The notes under the pieces were generated by a model. That model was not told the DNA's origin and made no database searches. It worked only from the letters and a program-made list of their open reading frames with translations. 64,000 nucleotides of DNA from positions 23,064,001-23,128,000 of the forward strand of contig OX597820.1 of the NCBI GenBank assembly GCA_951406725.2. The letters are read 5' to 3'. The position numbers were made by a program, and so were the translations under genes. Numbering within the stretch: the first letter of the stretch is position 1; every line of letters starts with the position of its first letter. Origin of the DNA: Octopus vulgaris (Eukaryota). Positions 1-13,664 of this stretch are shown here, piece by piece.

Positions 1-84
1 TTTTAAAGGGTTACAGAATTAACACAGGTTATAGGAACATAAATCTTCTTCCACGAAAAGATAGCTTTAACTGTGCTCTAAATG

Positions 85-184
85 GAGGTGTAGTCAAATC
101 CTATTTTATGGACTCAACCATGTTCTAAAATAAGTCGAAAGGTAAGCTACTATAAATCGGCACGAACTTTCCGGACAACCCAAT
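85..184. mobile_element. Mariner-type element end (single TIR)
   Basis: AAATCGGCACGAACTTTCCGGACAACCCAA|TA resembles a mariner terminal inverted repeat with a TA target. The left boundary is uncertain. Confidence 0.6.
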
Positions 185-1928
185 ATTTTAAGATAGTTTT
201 TTTGAAGAATGTATTTTTTTTCTAAAATTCTACATGTACGTACATGCTTACATGCATGTGTGTACACACAATGACTGGCATTTATAGCAACAAATACTAA
301 CAGATGTGATAATAAATGACAACCACAGAATATTTGAATTGAGCCAATAAATATTATATTAAATCTAAAAGTACATGGTATTTATAGTTTACAGTTGCAC
401 TCAGACAACAGTGGAGTGTATGTGTGTATAAGAATGTGTGTGTGTGTGTATGTATATATATATATATATACATACACAAACACACACACACATTCACTAT
501 ATATAGTTGCCTAGATATTTGACCATATACATACATACATTAACCATGGTCATATCTACAAATACACACACACAATCACACGGAATTATTTTTCGGTTGA
601 CAAAGGGTATTACTGTTGAGATTTATTTATTTATTCAGTTTTACATCCCTCCTGTGTAATATATACCGTTGATGGTGTAGTTCTTGTAAACATCTTAAAC
701 CTTAGGAATCTTTTTTTTTTCAATTCACCTCTGCCGATTTCTTCCTCGTTCTCTCCACCACCCCACACACCCCCACACACACCTATTGTTTCCTTCTATA
801 GAATTGTGTATTTTAGTTATTTTTCACTACTAGTGTTTCTAAAAATAGCAAAACCAATTTCACAAGATTCCCAATGTGAATGTCACTTCATCCTTACAGG
901 AACCGACTGGCTGGGTGGTGATAGGTGTTTATCGGGTATTGAAATAAAAATAATAATAATAATAATAAAGGGTAGTTTGCATACGATGATGTAATAATGA
1001 ATTTTTTTTTTAATCCCTGAAAAAAAATTAATTATACACACACACACACTCATATGTATACGTACATGCACACATCCATACATACATATATATATATGCC
1101 TGTATACTCTATCTTTTATTTATTTATGTATATTACTGTTTCTTTACTATATATATATATATTTCTATTTTTATTTTATATTTATGTGTATAATTATATA
1201 TATGCATGTATATGTGTGTCTATATAGCTAATACAGCTTTACACTTCATAAAATCTAGACCTTGTCTATTCTTTCTTTTTCCTCTTCTCTCTCTCTCTTC
1301 TCTCCTCTCCAAGAGATGGGATTTCTCTTTCTTATTTTCTTTTTTTTTTGTAATGAATTTCTTCATTTCTCCATTTGCTTGTTAGTTTGTTTATGCATTT
1401 CTTGCATTGACAATCATATGACAATTGAGCATATGTTGTGTTGATAGAAAACAATGTTTGACTGGGGGAAAGAGATAGCTGTTGTCAAGTTTGAAATGAT
1501 GTCAACCAAAAGGAACCACCAGCACCAGCACCGCCACAGCCACAGCCCTCTCCACCCCACCCCACCCCTATTCTCTACAACAGGTTCTCCTGTTCCTGAT
1601 GACACCACTGCCATCAGCCAGTAGTTAAACATGTATGTCGAAACATCTAATTACATACATGCTCACCACATGCTCCCCTCCCTGTATCAATACTTGTTGC
1701 CTCATCGCTAACCTTCCTCATTTCTTTGATTCCCTGAGTACGTATGTATGTGCTTGTCTGGGTATACATGTCTGTGTATGTATGCCTATGCAATGCCTAC
1801 ACCCCTATTACGCTCACACACATATACACGCTCACATGCATTCATATAAACTTTCTCAAAATAATTGACACACCCCTCTCTTTTTTTTCTTTTATGTCTA
1901 CCTGTTTTTCCTTTTAGTTTTATATATG

Positions 1929-1965
<37 letters not shown>

Positions 1966-3152
1966 TTTACTTTCACTTTCTTGAACAGCCAGCTTTTAGA
2001 AACGCATGTACACACACACTCATACATACATGTGCAGATGTTCAGGTTCGTTTTATTAACTACCCCTCCACTCTTGCTCTCCCTGTCTATCTCTCTCTCT
2101 CTCGCTCTCTCTCTCTCTCTTCCTCGCACATGATTACGTAATGCTGACATCATCTTGCAACACAGACCCATAGATGCATGCAGTTGTGGCTGGGCTGTAT
2201 CAAGTCACTGCTGTACATAGCATTAACTAAAAATTGAGCATTCAGTCACTTAACAAAATACAGTCTCGCTCTTCTTGCAGACTCTTATACTATATAATGC
2301 ACTCTTCCGAACCACTTCATGCTAGTCATCTATCTGCATATCAGCGAGAAGGGCTGTTTGTTTGTTGTTCATTCTTGTTAATCAAAATCCATCTATTGAT
2401 AACCAAAATGCTGAAGTTAAACACATAAATACAAAGAAAACATCGTAAAAGGAAAAGATATCAAGCACATTCTGTTAACGATTTTTGGCATTAAAATTAT
2501 TTGCTTGTGTGTGTGGTTGGTAGTTTATTAATTTTTTTGAAAATTTAATATTTTTTTGCTTTTTCCCTTTATCTCATACACAATATATTCGGTGCAAAAT
2601 AAAAGGTACCCCATTGCATCAGAAGGGGAGCAGATCTGTGGTGCCCTCCCCATTTCTACATGCTTTGATTCCTCTCCTTGATAAATTATTGGTTATTCTT
2701 TATTCTGCTTACGATCTACCCCTCTCACTCTCTCATTATTATCATCATTATTATCATCATCATCATCATTATTATTATTATTATTATTTAAGCAGTGAGT
2801 TCATTGAATAGGAAGAGTGACAGACAAAATGTCTTTCTGCATTTAGATGCTTTCCTCCCTTTATGTTCCAGGTTCAAATCTTGTTGAAGTCAACTTTGAC
2901 TGTTATCTTTCTGGAGTGGTCAGCTGCTGGTTTCATATAATCACTAAATTTGAAGCCTTGTACCTTTGCAGCATCAGCAGAGCATCAAACCAAATCCTTG
3001 TATTCGTTTCAACTTTTTACATTTTTGAATGCAAATCTCACTTAGGTTAATTTCACCTTATATCCTCCTGGAATTGATAAAATATGGGATATACCAAATA
3101 CTTGAGTCTATTTTATCAACCAATCCCCAATTTTCAAGTTTTGTACTTCAGC

Positions 3153-3255
3153 TATTATTATTTTTATTATTATCATCATCATCATCATCATCATCATTAT
3201 AATCATTATTATTATTATCATCATCGTCATTATCTCATTATTATCATCATCATCA

Positions 3256-3290
<35 letters not shown>
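3153..3290. repeat. Compound (ATT)n/(CAT)n microsatellite
   Basis: Directly visible; a similar tract lies at 2736-2790. Confidence 0.95.
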
Positions 3291-3630
3291 GCGCAAGCTA
3301 GCAGAATCATTAGCATGCTGGATGAAATGCTTAGCAGTATTTCGCCCGTCACTACGTTCTGAGTTCAAATTTTCCAAGGTCGGCTTTGCTTTCAACCTTC
3401 CGGGGTTGATAAATTAAGTGCTAGTGAAACACTGGCATCGATGTAATGGACTATTCCCCTCCCTATCACCAAACCTTAGACACAATTTGTTCTTAACACT
3501 GGCTTAATGATAAATAAGTTATTTTACTAAATTCTTTGTTATTTCAAATTAATTGAAATAAACACAGAGCATCTCAACAGAAATACGGTAACAAAAGGGT
3601 TAAAATATATAAAAGAGAAACAATTCTTAA

Positions 3631-3852
3631 CCCTTTTGTAACCAACCCGGCTGAAACTGACTCTGGCTCTGTAGTATAAATGTATTGTTCTCATAAGATT
3701 TGAATTAAAATCTTCTAATAAACCTTAGTCATAATTTATGTTCCTAACTCTAGCTTAATGACAACTAAGTTATTTTCCTAAATTCTTTGATATATTTCAA
3801 ATTAGTTGAAAGAAACACAGAGCATCTCAAAATAAATACGATAATGAAAGGG
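3631..3852. mobile_element. piggyBac-type MITE
   Basis: TTAA|CCCTTT...AAAGGG|TTAA; a partial copy lies at ~3470-3602. Confidence 0.8.
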
Positions 3853-3924
3853 TTAAGGTCAACTTCACCTGTTATCCTTTCAGGGTTGATAAAATAAGTA
3901 CCAGTTAAGCACTATTTTTTTTTT

Positions 3925-4137
3925 CATCGTTTAACGTCCGCTTTCCATGCTAGCATGGGTTGGACGGTTCGACTGGGGTCTGGGAAGCCAGGAGGCTGCA
4001 GCAGGCCCAGTCTGATCTGGCAGTGTTTCTACAGCTGGATGTCCTGCCTAGCGCCAACCACTCCGTGAGTGTAGTGGGTGCTTTTTACGTGTCACCGGCA
4101 CAGGTGCCAGGCGAGGCTGGCAACGACCACGATCGGT
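3925..4137 (-). mobile_element. Dispersed copy of the RTE 3' tail
   Basis: Reverse complement of the 63720-63970 region, starting CATCGTTTAACGTCCGCTTTCCATGCTAGCATGGGTTGGACGG. Confidence 0.85.
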
Positions 4138-5289
4138 GAGTACTTTTTAGTAATCGGCTAGTCCTCTCCCACCAAATTTCAGGCCCTGTGCCTTTAGTAG
4201 GAAAGATTATCATTATTATTAAGAGGGAAAGCTGACAGAATTGTTTGTTCATAGACAAAATCTTTAGCAGCATTTCTTCCAATTTTTTACGTTCCTAGTT
4301 CAAATTCCACCAAGGTTGACTTTGTCTTTCATCCTACCAGGGTTGAAGATATAAGTACCTGTTAAGCACTGGGTTTGATATAATCAACTAGCCTTCTCCC
4401 TCCAAATTTCAGACCTTGTTCCTGAAGTAAAAAAAAGCTTATTATTATTATTGGTGGATTAGCAGATTCATTAGGGTCAATCAAAATCCTATTGGGACCA
4501 ACTTCACCTTTCATCCTTTCGGGGTCGATAAATTAAGTACAGTGAAGCACTGGTGTCGATGTAGTTGACTAGTCCACTCTCCCAAAACTTCAGGCCTTGT
4601 GCCTTTAGCAGAAAGGATTGTTATTATAATTATTGACATCAGTAGTAAGAGAGCCAAACAGCAGAAGGTTTTCAGAGAAGAAACCCACCTCAGGCAAGTG
4701 TTTTGGCCCTTAACTTCCTACACTCTAAGGAAGCTGGACTGCATCCAAGTCATGACTCTTGGGTACCCTTCTGGTGATACTTCTTTGCTACTTAGAAAAA
4801 TAAAGAAAAAAGGGGGAATCATTAGAGCATCAGAAACAATGCCTTATGATACTTAGTTACAGACTTTTAAGTTCTAAGTTCAAATCCAGTCAGTTTCATC
4901 TTTCCGTATTATTGTTCCTGGGTCAGTAATATAAGCAACTGTATCCTCCTATCAAAATTTCTAGCCTTGTGTCTGTGCAAGAAATAATTCTTTTTTTTTT
5001 TTTATTGTTAATCATATACAGTGTTATCACTATTTGAATATATATTGATGGGTCAGTTGGTAATATTGGCTAAATAATTGTATTTCTCCCGTCACTGCTT
5101 CTTATCTGTTGCTACAGTTTACTTCACTTCTAGACTGAATAAACGTTTGTATCTAACTACATTATTTGTGTACACATGTACACATCTATCTTTTGCTTAA
5201 TAATTAACATTCTCTTTTTTTTTTTTGTTGTTGCTTGTTTTAAACTCAGCAGGTTAGATTTTGTTGGTTATTTTTTTTCTTTTCTCCAG

Positions 5290-5335
5290 CTTTCCTCCTA
5301 TGCATTTTTGGGGCAAAGAAATATATTCAGATCAG
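5290..5335 (+). CDS. Candidate upstream exon (ATG at 5300: MHFWGKEIYSDQ), possibly the TMEM183A-like start exon
   Basis: Strong pyrimidine tract plus CTCCAG acceptor and CAG|GTATGG donor; ends phase 0 from ATG 5300. No homology support. Confidence 0.25.
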
Positions 5336-7260
5336 GTATGGGGACATGTGTTGTTGCAGTGTGTTACTGCGTCCACCGGTCACCAGTAATCTGCTTAGGT
5401 CATCCCTGGCAAATCTCCTAACAGTGTCCCAGTCAGTCCCCATCTCTGCAAGATATATCCCCATCCACCATGACCATGAGGCATGTGGCCAACCAACACA
5501 AGCCATCACCCCAACTTGATCCTCAAAGAAGAGAACACAGTACACAGGATCCAGCTCAGTAAATGTTACAGGGCAACCCTGCTTGTGTTGAAGCCATAAC
5601 AGAATATAACTACCACAGTCTGTAAAGTGGTTAGCAAACAAGTGGAGATTACATAGGGTCTAAAAGGTTTCTTTAGTCTTGTCAAGGACACAGCTACCTT
5701 TCTAGTGTAAGTGCTATAATAAAATATGCACCCAGTCATGTGATCACATGACCCACCTGGCTATCAGGTGTTGTTACACATCGCTTGTCACAATGCACTT
5801 TTGCATTGTTTTAGCCTTCAAATGATGCCATCCCAATGGCTAGGCGTCGCAGGCCAACATTCCCCACTGATTGAAAGGGAGGCTGGAGCAATGTGAAATG
5901 AAATGTTTTGCTCAAGAACACAACACACCGCCCAGTCAGGGAATTGAACCCATGATCTAGCTATCATGCGTGCAACAGCTTAACCACTAGGCCATGCATC
6001 CAGCACACTATGTAAAGTGTTTGGTGATAAGAAGGGCATTTTGAACTTAGAATCAAGTTCAAAAGGAAATATACTAGCAAAATGTAATCTTCCAACCTCT
6101 CTTAGTGGGCAGCAATTCCCAAATAAGAACTGACTCAGTCTATGACAACCTGCCAACCCATTCTAGTTTGGAAAGCAGGTGCAAAACAACAAAGTTGCAT
6201 TATAGAAATGTAAAGTTGACTCCAGTATTCGGTTGGCATTTATTTTGGTAAGCCTAAAAGGTGAAAAAAAAAATTAAAATAATAAATGCGCCCTTTTAAA
6301 GCCTAACCAGGCTCATGGGCCTGGTTTCCTGGTTTCTATGGCGTATGTGTTCCCCCTGCTGGACAGGACGCCAGTCCATTGCAGCATTACTCATTTTTGC
6401 CAACTGAGTGGACTGGAGCAACGATAGGAAAAGGAGAGAGAGTTAGATAGATACACTTACTAGATTGGGAGAGAAATAGATGGTGAAGGAGATGCATTAG
6501 AACATACCCACAAAGTACAGTGGGTGGAACATAAGTAGTACAAAGAGGATACAGGGTTTCATAAGAGTGTGTGGGAAGATGTCTTGAGAGGGCGCCTTCA
6601 TTTATTTTTACACTTTTTCAAAGACATGCACAAACTAAGGCAGATGAAACTGATAGATTAGAGTTGTATGAGATATTATTTTTACAGCCTTACATTTCTA
6701 AATTGAAATACTATCAAGCATATCTTTAGCGTTCACTATCATTATTTTGTGGTTGAATAAAATAAGGTGAACTTGAGTAACCAGCGCTTTGCAATTTAAT
6801 CAAAGTGTTGATAGTAATACAGTGTCTTTTTTATGACTTGTCAGTTCAAAAGATATTTTGTATGTTAGATAAACTGAAGTAGAGTTTTTCTTTGTCAAGG
6901 TTTGTCATTATTGGGACACAAATATTTTTAATAATTGTTGCATGGGAACAGGTGAAAAAGCTTTATGGTTAGATATTGAGACAGTTCAGAGAACAACCAT
7001 AAAAACTTCATGATGCATTTATGTAAATAAGAGAATTTTTCTGGTGAAAACTAAACTTCACAGCATTTTTAAAATATTTTAATTCATCAAAATATTTTCT
7101 GGGCCATCCTGTACAACAAATGGGGACACATAACTTACCTGTCAACTGCTGTCTTCTCTAACCTAATTACTGGTGGATGTGAATGCTTTGAACTCATTGT
7201 AGCCAGAGTAAAAGCAAGATGGAAAAATGTTGAAGAGCTATTACCCTTAGCAGCAATAGG

Positions 7261-7262
<2 letters not shown>

Positions 7263-7352
<90 letters not shown>
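7263..7352. repeat. (TC)n microsatellite
   Basis: Directly visible. Confidence 0.98.
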
Positions 7353-7356
<4 letters not shown>

Positions 7357-7659
7357 CCCCTCCCTCCGTGTTGTATTGTGCTTGTGTAAAAAATGTGACT
7401 GCATAATAGTGAAATATTGATTTCAAATTTTAGCACCAGGCCAGCAAGCTTAGTTGGGTAAGATCATTGCATGACCCCAGTACTCAACTGGTATTTATTT
7501 TATCAATCCCAAAAGAATGAAAGGCAATTTGAACTCAGAACATAAAGATGGACAAAATGTCACTAAGCATTTTGCCTGGCTTGCTAATGGTTCTGCCAGC
7601 TCACTACCCTATATAGTAGTAAAATATTAACATTGAATTTAGAGGATGTATAAAGGTTG

Positions 7660-8010
7660 AAAAGAAATCAGGTGAGTATGCTCTGCCTATGTCCATGCGC
7701 CATGAATAACAGCAAAAATGAGCTCAGGGAAAATACTGGGTGTAAAACAAACCGTCTGCATTGTGCAACAGTGTAGACTTCAACTGTACTGATATGCAAA
7801 TTGGATGCATATGGAAGATAACAGGTAAACTAATAGTGCCAAGTGGAAGGAGTCTGAAGCTAAGGAAGACAGAAGATATGGATGAAAGCAGATCTCTAAT
7901 TGCTGAACCTCATGAAGATGACAATGGACTACAATAAGCTGTGAGATGCCATGCTGGACAAAACCCATTCAACTTATGCAAGCATGGAGAAACATCAAAT
8001 GATGATGACA
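7660..8010 (+). mobile_element. Highly decayed 3' end of an older RTE LINE
   Basis: Colinear similarity to 62980-63270 (e.g. GAGCTCAGGGAAAATACTGGG; GTGCAACAGTGTAGACTTCAAC), running directly into a CATGCAAGCATGGA...AAATGATGATG-like tail. Confidence 0.55.
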
Positions 8011-8064
8011 ACAACAATGTTATCATCGATGACATCTCTACATATTCTGAATTCAAATTTTGTT

Positions 8065-8460
8065 AACTGGCTTCTGTGGCGGTGACACATAAAAAGCACC
8101 ATTTGAGTGTGATTGTTACCAGTACCATTTGACTAGCCTTACTGGCACATGAAAAAACGTTCGAGCGAGGTCATTGCCAGTGCCGCTGGACTGGCTCCTG
8201 TGCAGGTGGTACGTAAAAAACACCATTTGAGCATGGCCATTGCCAATACTGCCTGACTGGCCCTCATGCCAGTGGCACGTAAAAGCACCCACTACACTCT
8301 CGGAGTGGTTGGCATTAGGAAGGGCATCCAGCTGTAGAAACTCTGCCAGATCAGATTGGAGCCTGGGGCAGATATCTGGTTCGCCAGTCCTCCGTCAAAT
8401 CATCCAACCCATGCTAGCATGGAAAACCTACATTAAATGATGATGATGACAACGACGACG
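8065..8460 (+). mobile_element. Dispersed copy of the RTE 3' UTR/tail (truncated LINE or tail-sharing SINE)
   Basis: Same tandem modules, GGAGTGGTTGGCATTAGGAAGGGCATCCAGC and CCAACCCATGCTAGCATGGAAA...(GAT)n as 63420-63977. Confidence 0.85.
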
Positions 8461-10983
8461 ATGACAATGTCGTAGTCTCTGCTTTTCATTTCCCTGATGT
8501 TGATGAGATAAGTAGCAAGCAGTGACCACACTCTTCTATAACTATTTGTTGAACAGGGGGTAATTCAAGAAATCATTATGTTTATGGGTGCAGAAAGTAC
8601 TAATTAAGGAAATGTTCGTTATTTTGTCAAGAGCATTGGAGTTGGTACTAAACAGAAGTGCCTGAATTGCACTTATTGTTGTAGTGTATGCTGTATTTGA
8701 TGTCATTATAGAATCTTGAACATATTAGACATGTGCCAATTTCAGCAGTGCATATTCAAGAAAAAAGTTTTTAGTGTATTAAAGCATGTAATATAAGGCC
8801 CAACATTGCAAAAGGACCCGGGGTTAGTTTTTTTTTTTTAAGACTTTTTTCTTTGTAGGGAGTGCATCTTATATGCCATCAAATAAGGTAGTCTTGGACC
8901 TAAAAGTTGCAAGTTCAAACTGCACCAGGGAAGATTTTGCCTTTCATCTCTCCAGGAGTCAGTGATCAATAGAACAGGCTCTGTTTAGCATACTATGGTG
9001 AAATTATTTCACTATACTGTCTTCCCTAACAAGGTTGGCATTGTGCCTAGTCAATCAGAAAGGACATTACTGAGAGGAAAAATATATTGGCTTGATATCA
9101 TTAAAAATAAATAAATTCCTATTATCAGAAACCTTTCAGTATAATATTTTATGTAAAAACAAAAATGAAACAAAATTTCATTGCTTCATAGATTTTAGGT
9201 CAACCAGATAATAACAACAACATTATTATATTCGTTTATTTGGTTAGTACATTTTGTATTTGTGTTACTACTCTAAACCCTATTCTTTTACCAACCATAA
9301 AAGAATGCTGAATTCAATGACCTGAGTAAAACATGAGAATTTCGAAATAGCTCTTTCTTTGTTTAAACATTGGAAATTATTTAAATTAAATTATATCAGA
9401 AAGCAATGTTCATTGTTACCAGTAAGACATTAACTGACAATCATGTGAATTTGATTTCAGTGTTTATCTGGAAATGAAATTTTTATCTTTTGTATCTCCT
9501 ATGTGTCCTTTAGAGAAAGTTGCTGAAATTGCTTTAAAAAAATTAATAATTTCTCCCTTTAGTTCTATAGTTTTTCAAGGTAAAACTCTATATTCAAGAA
9601 TAATGTGTATTCAGTTAAATTACCTAGTTTAATATTGTTGTCGATGGTATTTTATTTCATAAATTATTTTATATATCCACAACTGAAGAAAATAAAGTTG
9701 ACAGTTGACCTTAACAATACTATTGAAAATTATTATTACCATCATCGTCATTTAATGTCTACTTTTCTGTGCTTGCAATGAGCCACACGGAATTTATTCA
9801 GGCAGATTTTCAATGGTTAGATGTCTGTCCTGTCATCAACCCTTTCCTGTTTTCAAGTAAGGTAATATTTCCCCGTTGCTGGACCTTTTTCACTGAAGTC
9901 TGGAAACAAACAACACGCTCAGTTATAACTATCACAAGATGTCAAGACAAGGATGTACCTATTTCTTTACTACCCACAAGGGGCTACACACAGAGGGGAC
10001 AAACGGATTAAGTTGATTACTTCGACCCCGGTGCGTAACTGGTACTTAGTTTATCGACCCCGAAAGGATGAAAGGCAAAGTCGACCTCAGTGGAATTTGA
10101 ACTCAGAACGTAACAGCAGACGAAAATACTGCTAAGCATTTCACCCAGCGTGCTAATGTTTCTGCCAGCTCACCGCCAATAGACAAGGGTATTCCCCAAC
10201 ATATGTGCAATGGGCTCCTTTCAGTTTCTATCTGTCAAATACAGTCACATGGTTTTGGTCATCCTGGAGCTATGGTAGAAGACACTTGTCCAAGGTGCTG
10301 TGCAGTGAGACTGAACCTGAAATCATGTATTTGGGAAGCAAACTTCTTAATCACACATTTAGGAAGGAGGGCAGTAGCCATAACTTTTTCAAGGCCTCCA
10401 AGATAGGTGGAAGAAAGGGTCAGAGGGTATTCTCAAACTGGAGATCTGACCCAAGGACTTACCACAAAGGGAACTTCTATCTAAGATGTCAGGTAGTGGT
10501 GTTGAATAAAATGACTAAGTTTATCACCCAAATAGGGATGGCAGGATTTGAACTCAGATCACAAGGAACAGGAACAAGTATCACAAGGCATCTGGTCAGA
10601 CATTCTTACACTTCTATTAGTTAAATGTCCTGGGTTGGTACTCTTTTCATCAGCCTTTGAAAGAATGAATGACAAACTTGATGTTGGCAGCATTTGAACT
10701 CAGAACAAAGAGATTCAGAACAAATTCTATCCACTGCTCTAACAACTCAGCTATTTCTCTGTCTATTGTGAAGTATTGAAGTAGATACTAGAAAGAAATT
10801 TATCAGGCTTATCCCAGCATTTTTCCCTAAGAGTAGGTTAATATTTCATACTTAGTCTTCGTTTTATCTCTTTGCCATAAGTATTCTCTATCATGTTACT
10901 TGTACACCTAGTGTATACATTATTATTACAGTTGTATCAACTGCTGTATAGATTATACACTGATATGTGAATCAGATTGTGTA

Positions 10984-11157
10984 TAGTTCTATATTTAAGA
11001 GATGAGGAATTATGTACATTATTTACAATTGATGGATATTTCTCCTCATCTTGTTTGTCGTTAACACTTTTCAGCTGATATACCCTCCAGCTTTCATCAG
11101 GTGTCTTGGGGAAATTTTGAACCTGGGTTCTCATTCCTAAGGTATTCTTCGATGTTG

Positions 11158-11217
<60 letters not shown>

Positions 11218-11384
11218 TCACTGCCTGGAATCAAACTCGGAATCTTGGGGTTAGTAGCCCATGTTCTTAACAACTACGCCATATGCCCACGGGCATATGA
11301 CGTATTGGTTAGGGTATATCAGCTGAAACGTTGTGTTAACAACAAACAAGATGAGGACAAATATCCATCAATTGTAAATAATGT
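10984..11384 (-). mobile_element. tRNA-headed non-autonomous element with a Penelope-type hammerhead tail and an inverted partial duplicate
   Basis: Minus strand: A-box-like TGGCGTAGTTG and B-box-like GAGTTTGATTCC (11288-11215), then (AAT)n, then GACAC-CTGATGA-AAGCTG...CAGCT-GAAA. 11311-11384 is an inverted copy of ~11015-11087. Confidence 0.7.
11063..11105 (-). ncRNA. Minimal type-I hammerhead ribozyme motif (degenerate stem III in this copy)
   Basis: Stem I GACAC/GTGTT, core CTGATGA, stem II AGCTG/CAGCT, GAAA. The intact GAAACGTT-GTGTT 3' half is preserved in the inverted copy at 11325-11337. Confidence 0.65.
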
Positions 11385-12769
11385 AAAAAATGTACAGAAT
11401 GTATATATTCACCTTTAACCCTTTTGAAACTGACCCATCTTAGATTGCTGCTTCTTCTTTTATTCCATAATACAAAACAACCCTTATTTAAAATGACTGT
11501 ATTTAAACCGGCCATATCCGGTTAAAGCATTCTGCCTGTTTTATGTTCAAACTGGCCAGATCTGGCTTCTCACACCAACCCTACAATATCATTCTAAAAA
11601 TTAACAGGTACCTCATCAAAATCTCATAGCTACAAGATAATGCATGGTTAGTTCAAAACCATGTGAATAAAAAAGTATTACTTATGACAGAATAATGTGA
11701 ATACTAAAGGGTTAGGTAAAACCTTTTGTCAATATTTTATCGAGGACCTTTTTTGTTAATTTATGTTCCAAGCACCAACTTCATAATGGAAAAGCGTTTA
11801 TTTGGTGAAATAAACATCAGAGATGCTTTACTTCACACAGAAACTGCAGGAGCTACTCAGAGGTTTTGCAATCTTTCTGGAATCCATCGCAATGTTGGAA
11901 ATCCTTTGATGTCATCAACGGGTATCTCAGGGTGACAAGTGCTTCATCCTTTAGCCTGTACACTTCACCTTAATAGTATAGTGAGGACTAAATTAGTCTT
12001 TGCTTGCAGAAGGGTTCTACTTGTGGTCTTTCATAAACTTGTAAACAATAGCCAGCTTGAGCTCTCAGTTGTTGAATATTTTCAAAATTAATTTAAACAG
12101 ATGGACCAGTATGTTACTTTTAAAATGTGGTCCTGAATGGACTTGAAAGGTCATCTATTAATTACTGTACGTTGCCAAACCTTAAAATTTGGTATACACT
12201 AATAGACCTCTCAGCAAATTTCTGTGGTAAGTTATATTGTCTATGTGATACCCCATAAGTAAGACAGGATTTAGACATGTTTTATGTTCTAACATCTTAT
12301 AAACCTTATCATCATTAAACCTTACTGCATGGGAACCAAGTATACTTGGCTCCATATATCTGCACTTGAAATACAGGAACCAAGTTCAGTCATGTTTGAT
12401 ATAGAGGGGTACATTCCAGAATTCTTCACATTTCATATCATGTTGTATGCACTTTTTTTTTTTTTTTTTTAACTGGCCATTAGAAATAGATTATGAGAAC
12501 TGGTTTGCATATGATTAGCATATTATACCATCAGCAGTAATTTAATCAGCACAGTGAAGGTTGACACTTACATTACCAGTAAGGCAGCTCTATCAACAAT
12601 GTGGGGCTGCTCTCCAATTACAGAAATACATTGCTTGAGCTTCGTTTCTTTTTCATGTCTCAAATTGGTGTTTCACAATATAGGATTAAATTCCATGTGT
12701 TGTGTAATGTTACATTTACTTGGTAGCAGTCGTAACCCCAACACAGAGTGCTACCTCTGTCTCTCTTTT

Positions 12770-13162
12770 TTTTATTATTATTTGTTTCAGTCATTTGACT
12801 GCAGCCATGCTGGAGCACCGCCTTTAGTCGAGCAAATCGACCCCAGGACTTATTCTTTGTAAGCCTAGTACTTATTCTATCGGTCTCTTTTGCCAAACCG
12901 CTAAGTTACAGGGACATAAACACACCAGCATCGGTTGTCAAGCGATGTTGGGGGGACAAACAGGCACACAAATATATACACACACATACATATATATATA
13001 CGACGGGCTTCTTTCAGCTTCTGTCTACCAAATCTATTTACAAGGCTTTGGTCAGCCCAAGGCTATAATAGAAGACACTTGCCTAGGTACCACGTAGTGG
13101 GAATGAACCCGGAACCATGTGGTTGGTAAGCAAGCTACTTACCACACAGCCACTCCTGCACC
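12770..13162 (-). mobile_element. SINE family A copy
   Basis: Reverse complement of 44873-45250. Confidence 0.88.
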
Positions 13163-13664
13163 TATTTTATTATTTGATATCTTCTATTTTTCTAGTGCAA
13201 TGTCAGTTTCTTTTATATTCTTGTTTCACTCATCGAGCTGTGGCCATGCTAGGGCACCAGCTCGAAGGGTTCTGATCAAACAAATCAACCCTAGTACTTT
13301 TTTTTTAAACTCTGGTATTGGTCTTCTGCCAAACCGCTGAGTTATGGGGATATAAACCAACCAACATCAGTTGTCAAGCTTTTGTGGGGAACACACACTG
13401 AGATATTTGTGGCAGGCTTCCTCACAGTTTCTGTATCCCAAATTCACTCACAAAGCATCAAGGTATTAGCTAGCCTAGTGCTATTGTAGAAGACACTTGT
13501 TGAAGTTGTCACACAATAGGACTGAACCCAAAATCCCAGAGTTGTAAAGCAGGATTGTTAACCACACAGTTTGCCTCCTTGCCCATCTTAAATTCTATGA
13601 TTACTATTGTAAAATAAAGCACTTGAAGCTGACTAGATGTTATATTGATTAAACCAAAGAAAAG

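Noticed and set aside
1454-1624. Short His/Pro-rich ORF (MFDWGKEIAVVKFEMMSTKRNHQHQH...)
   Set aside because: Only ~56 codons, low complexity, no convincing splice context or homology. The region resembles UTR or intron sequence.
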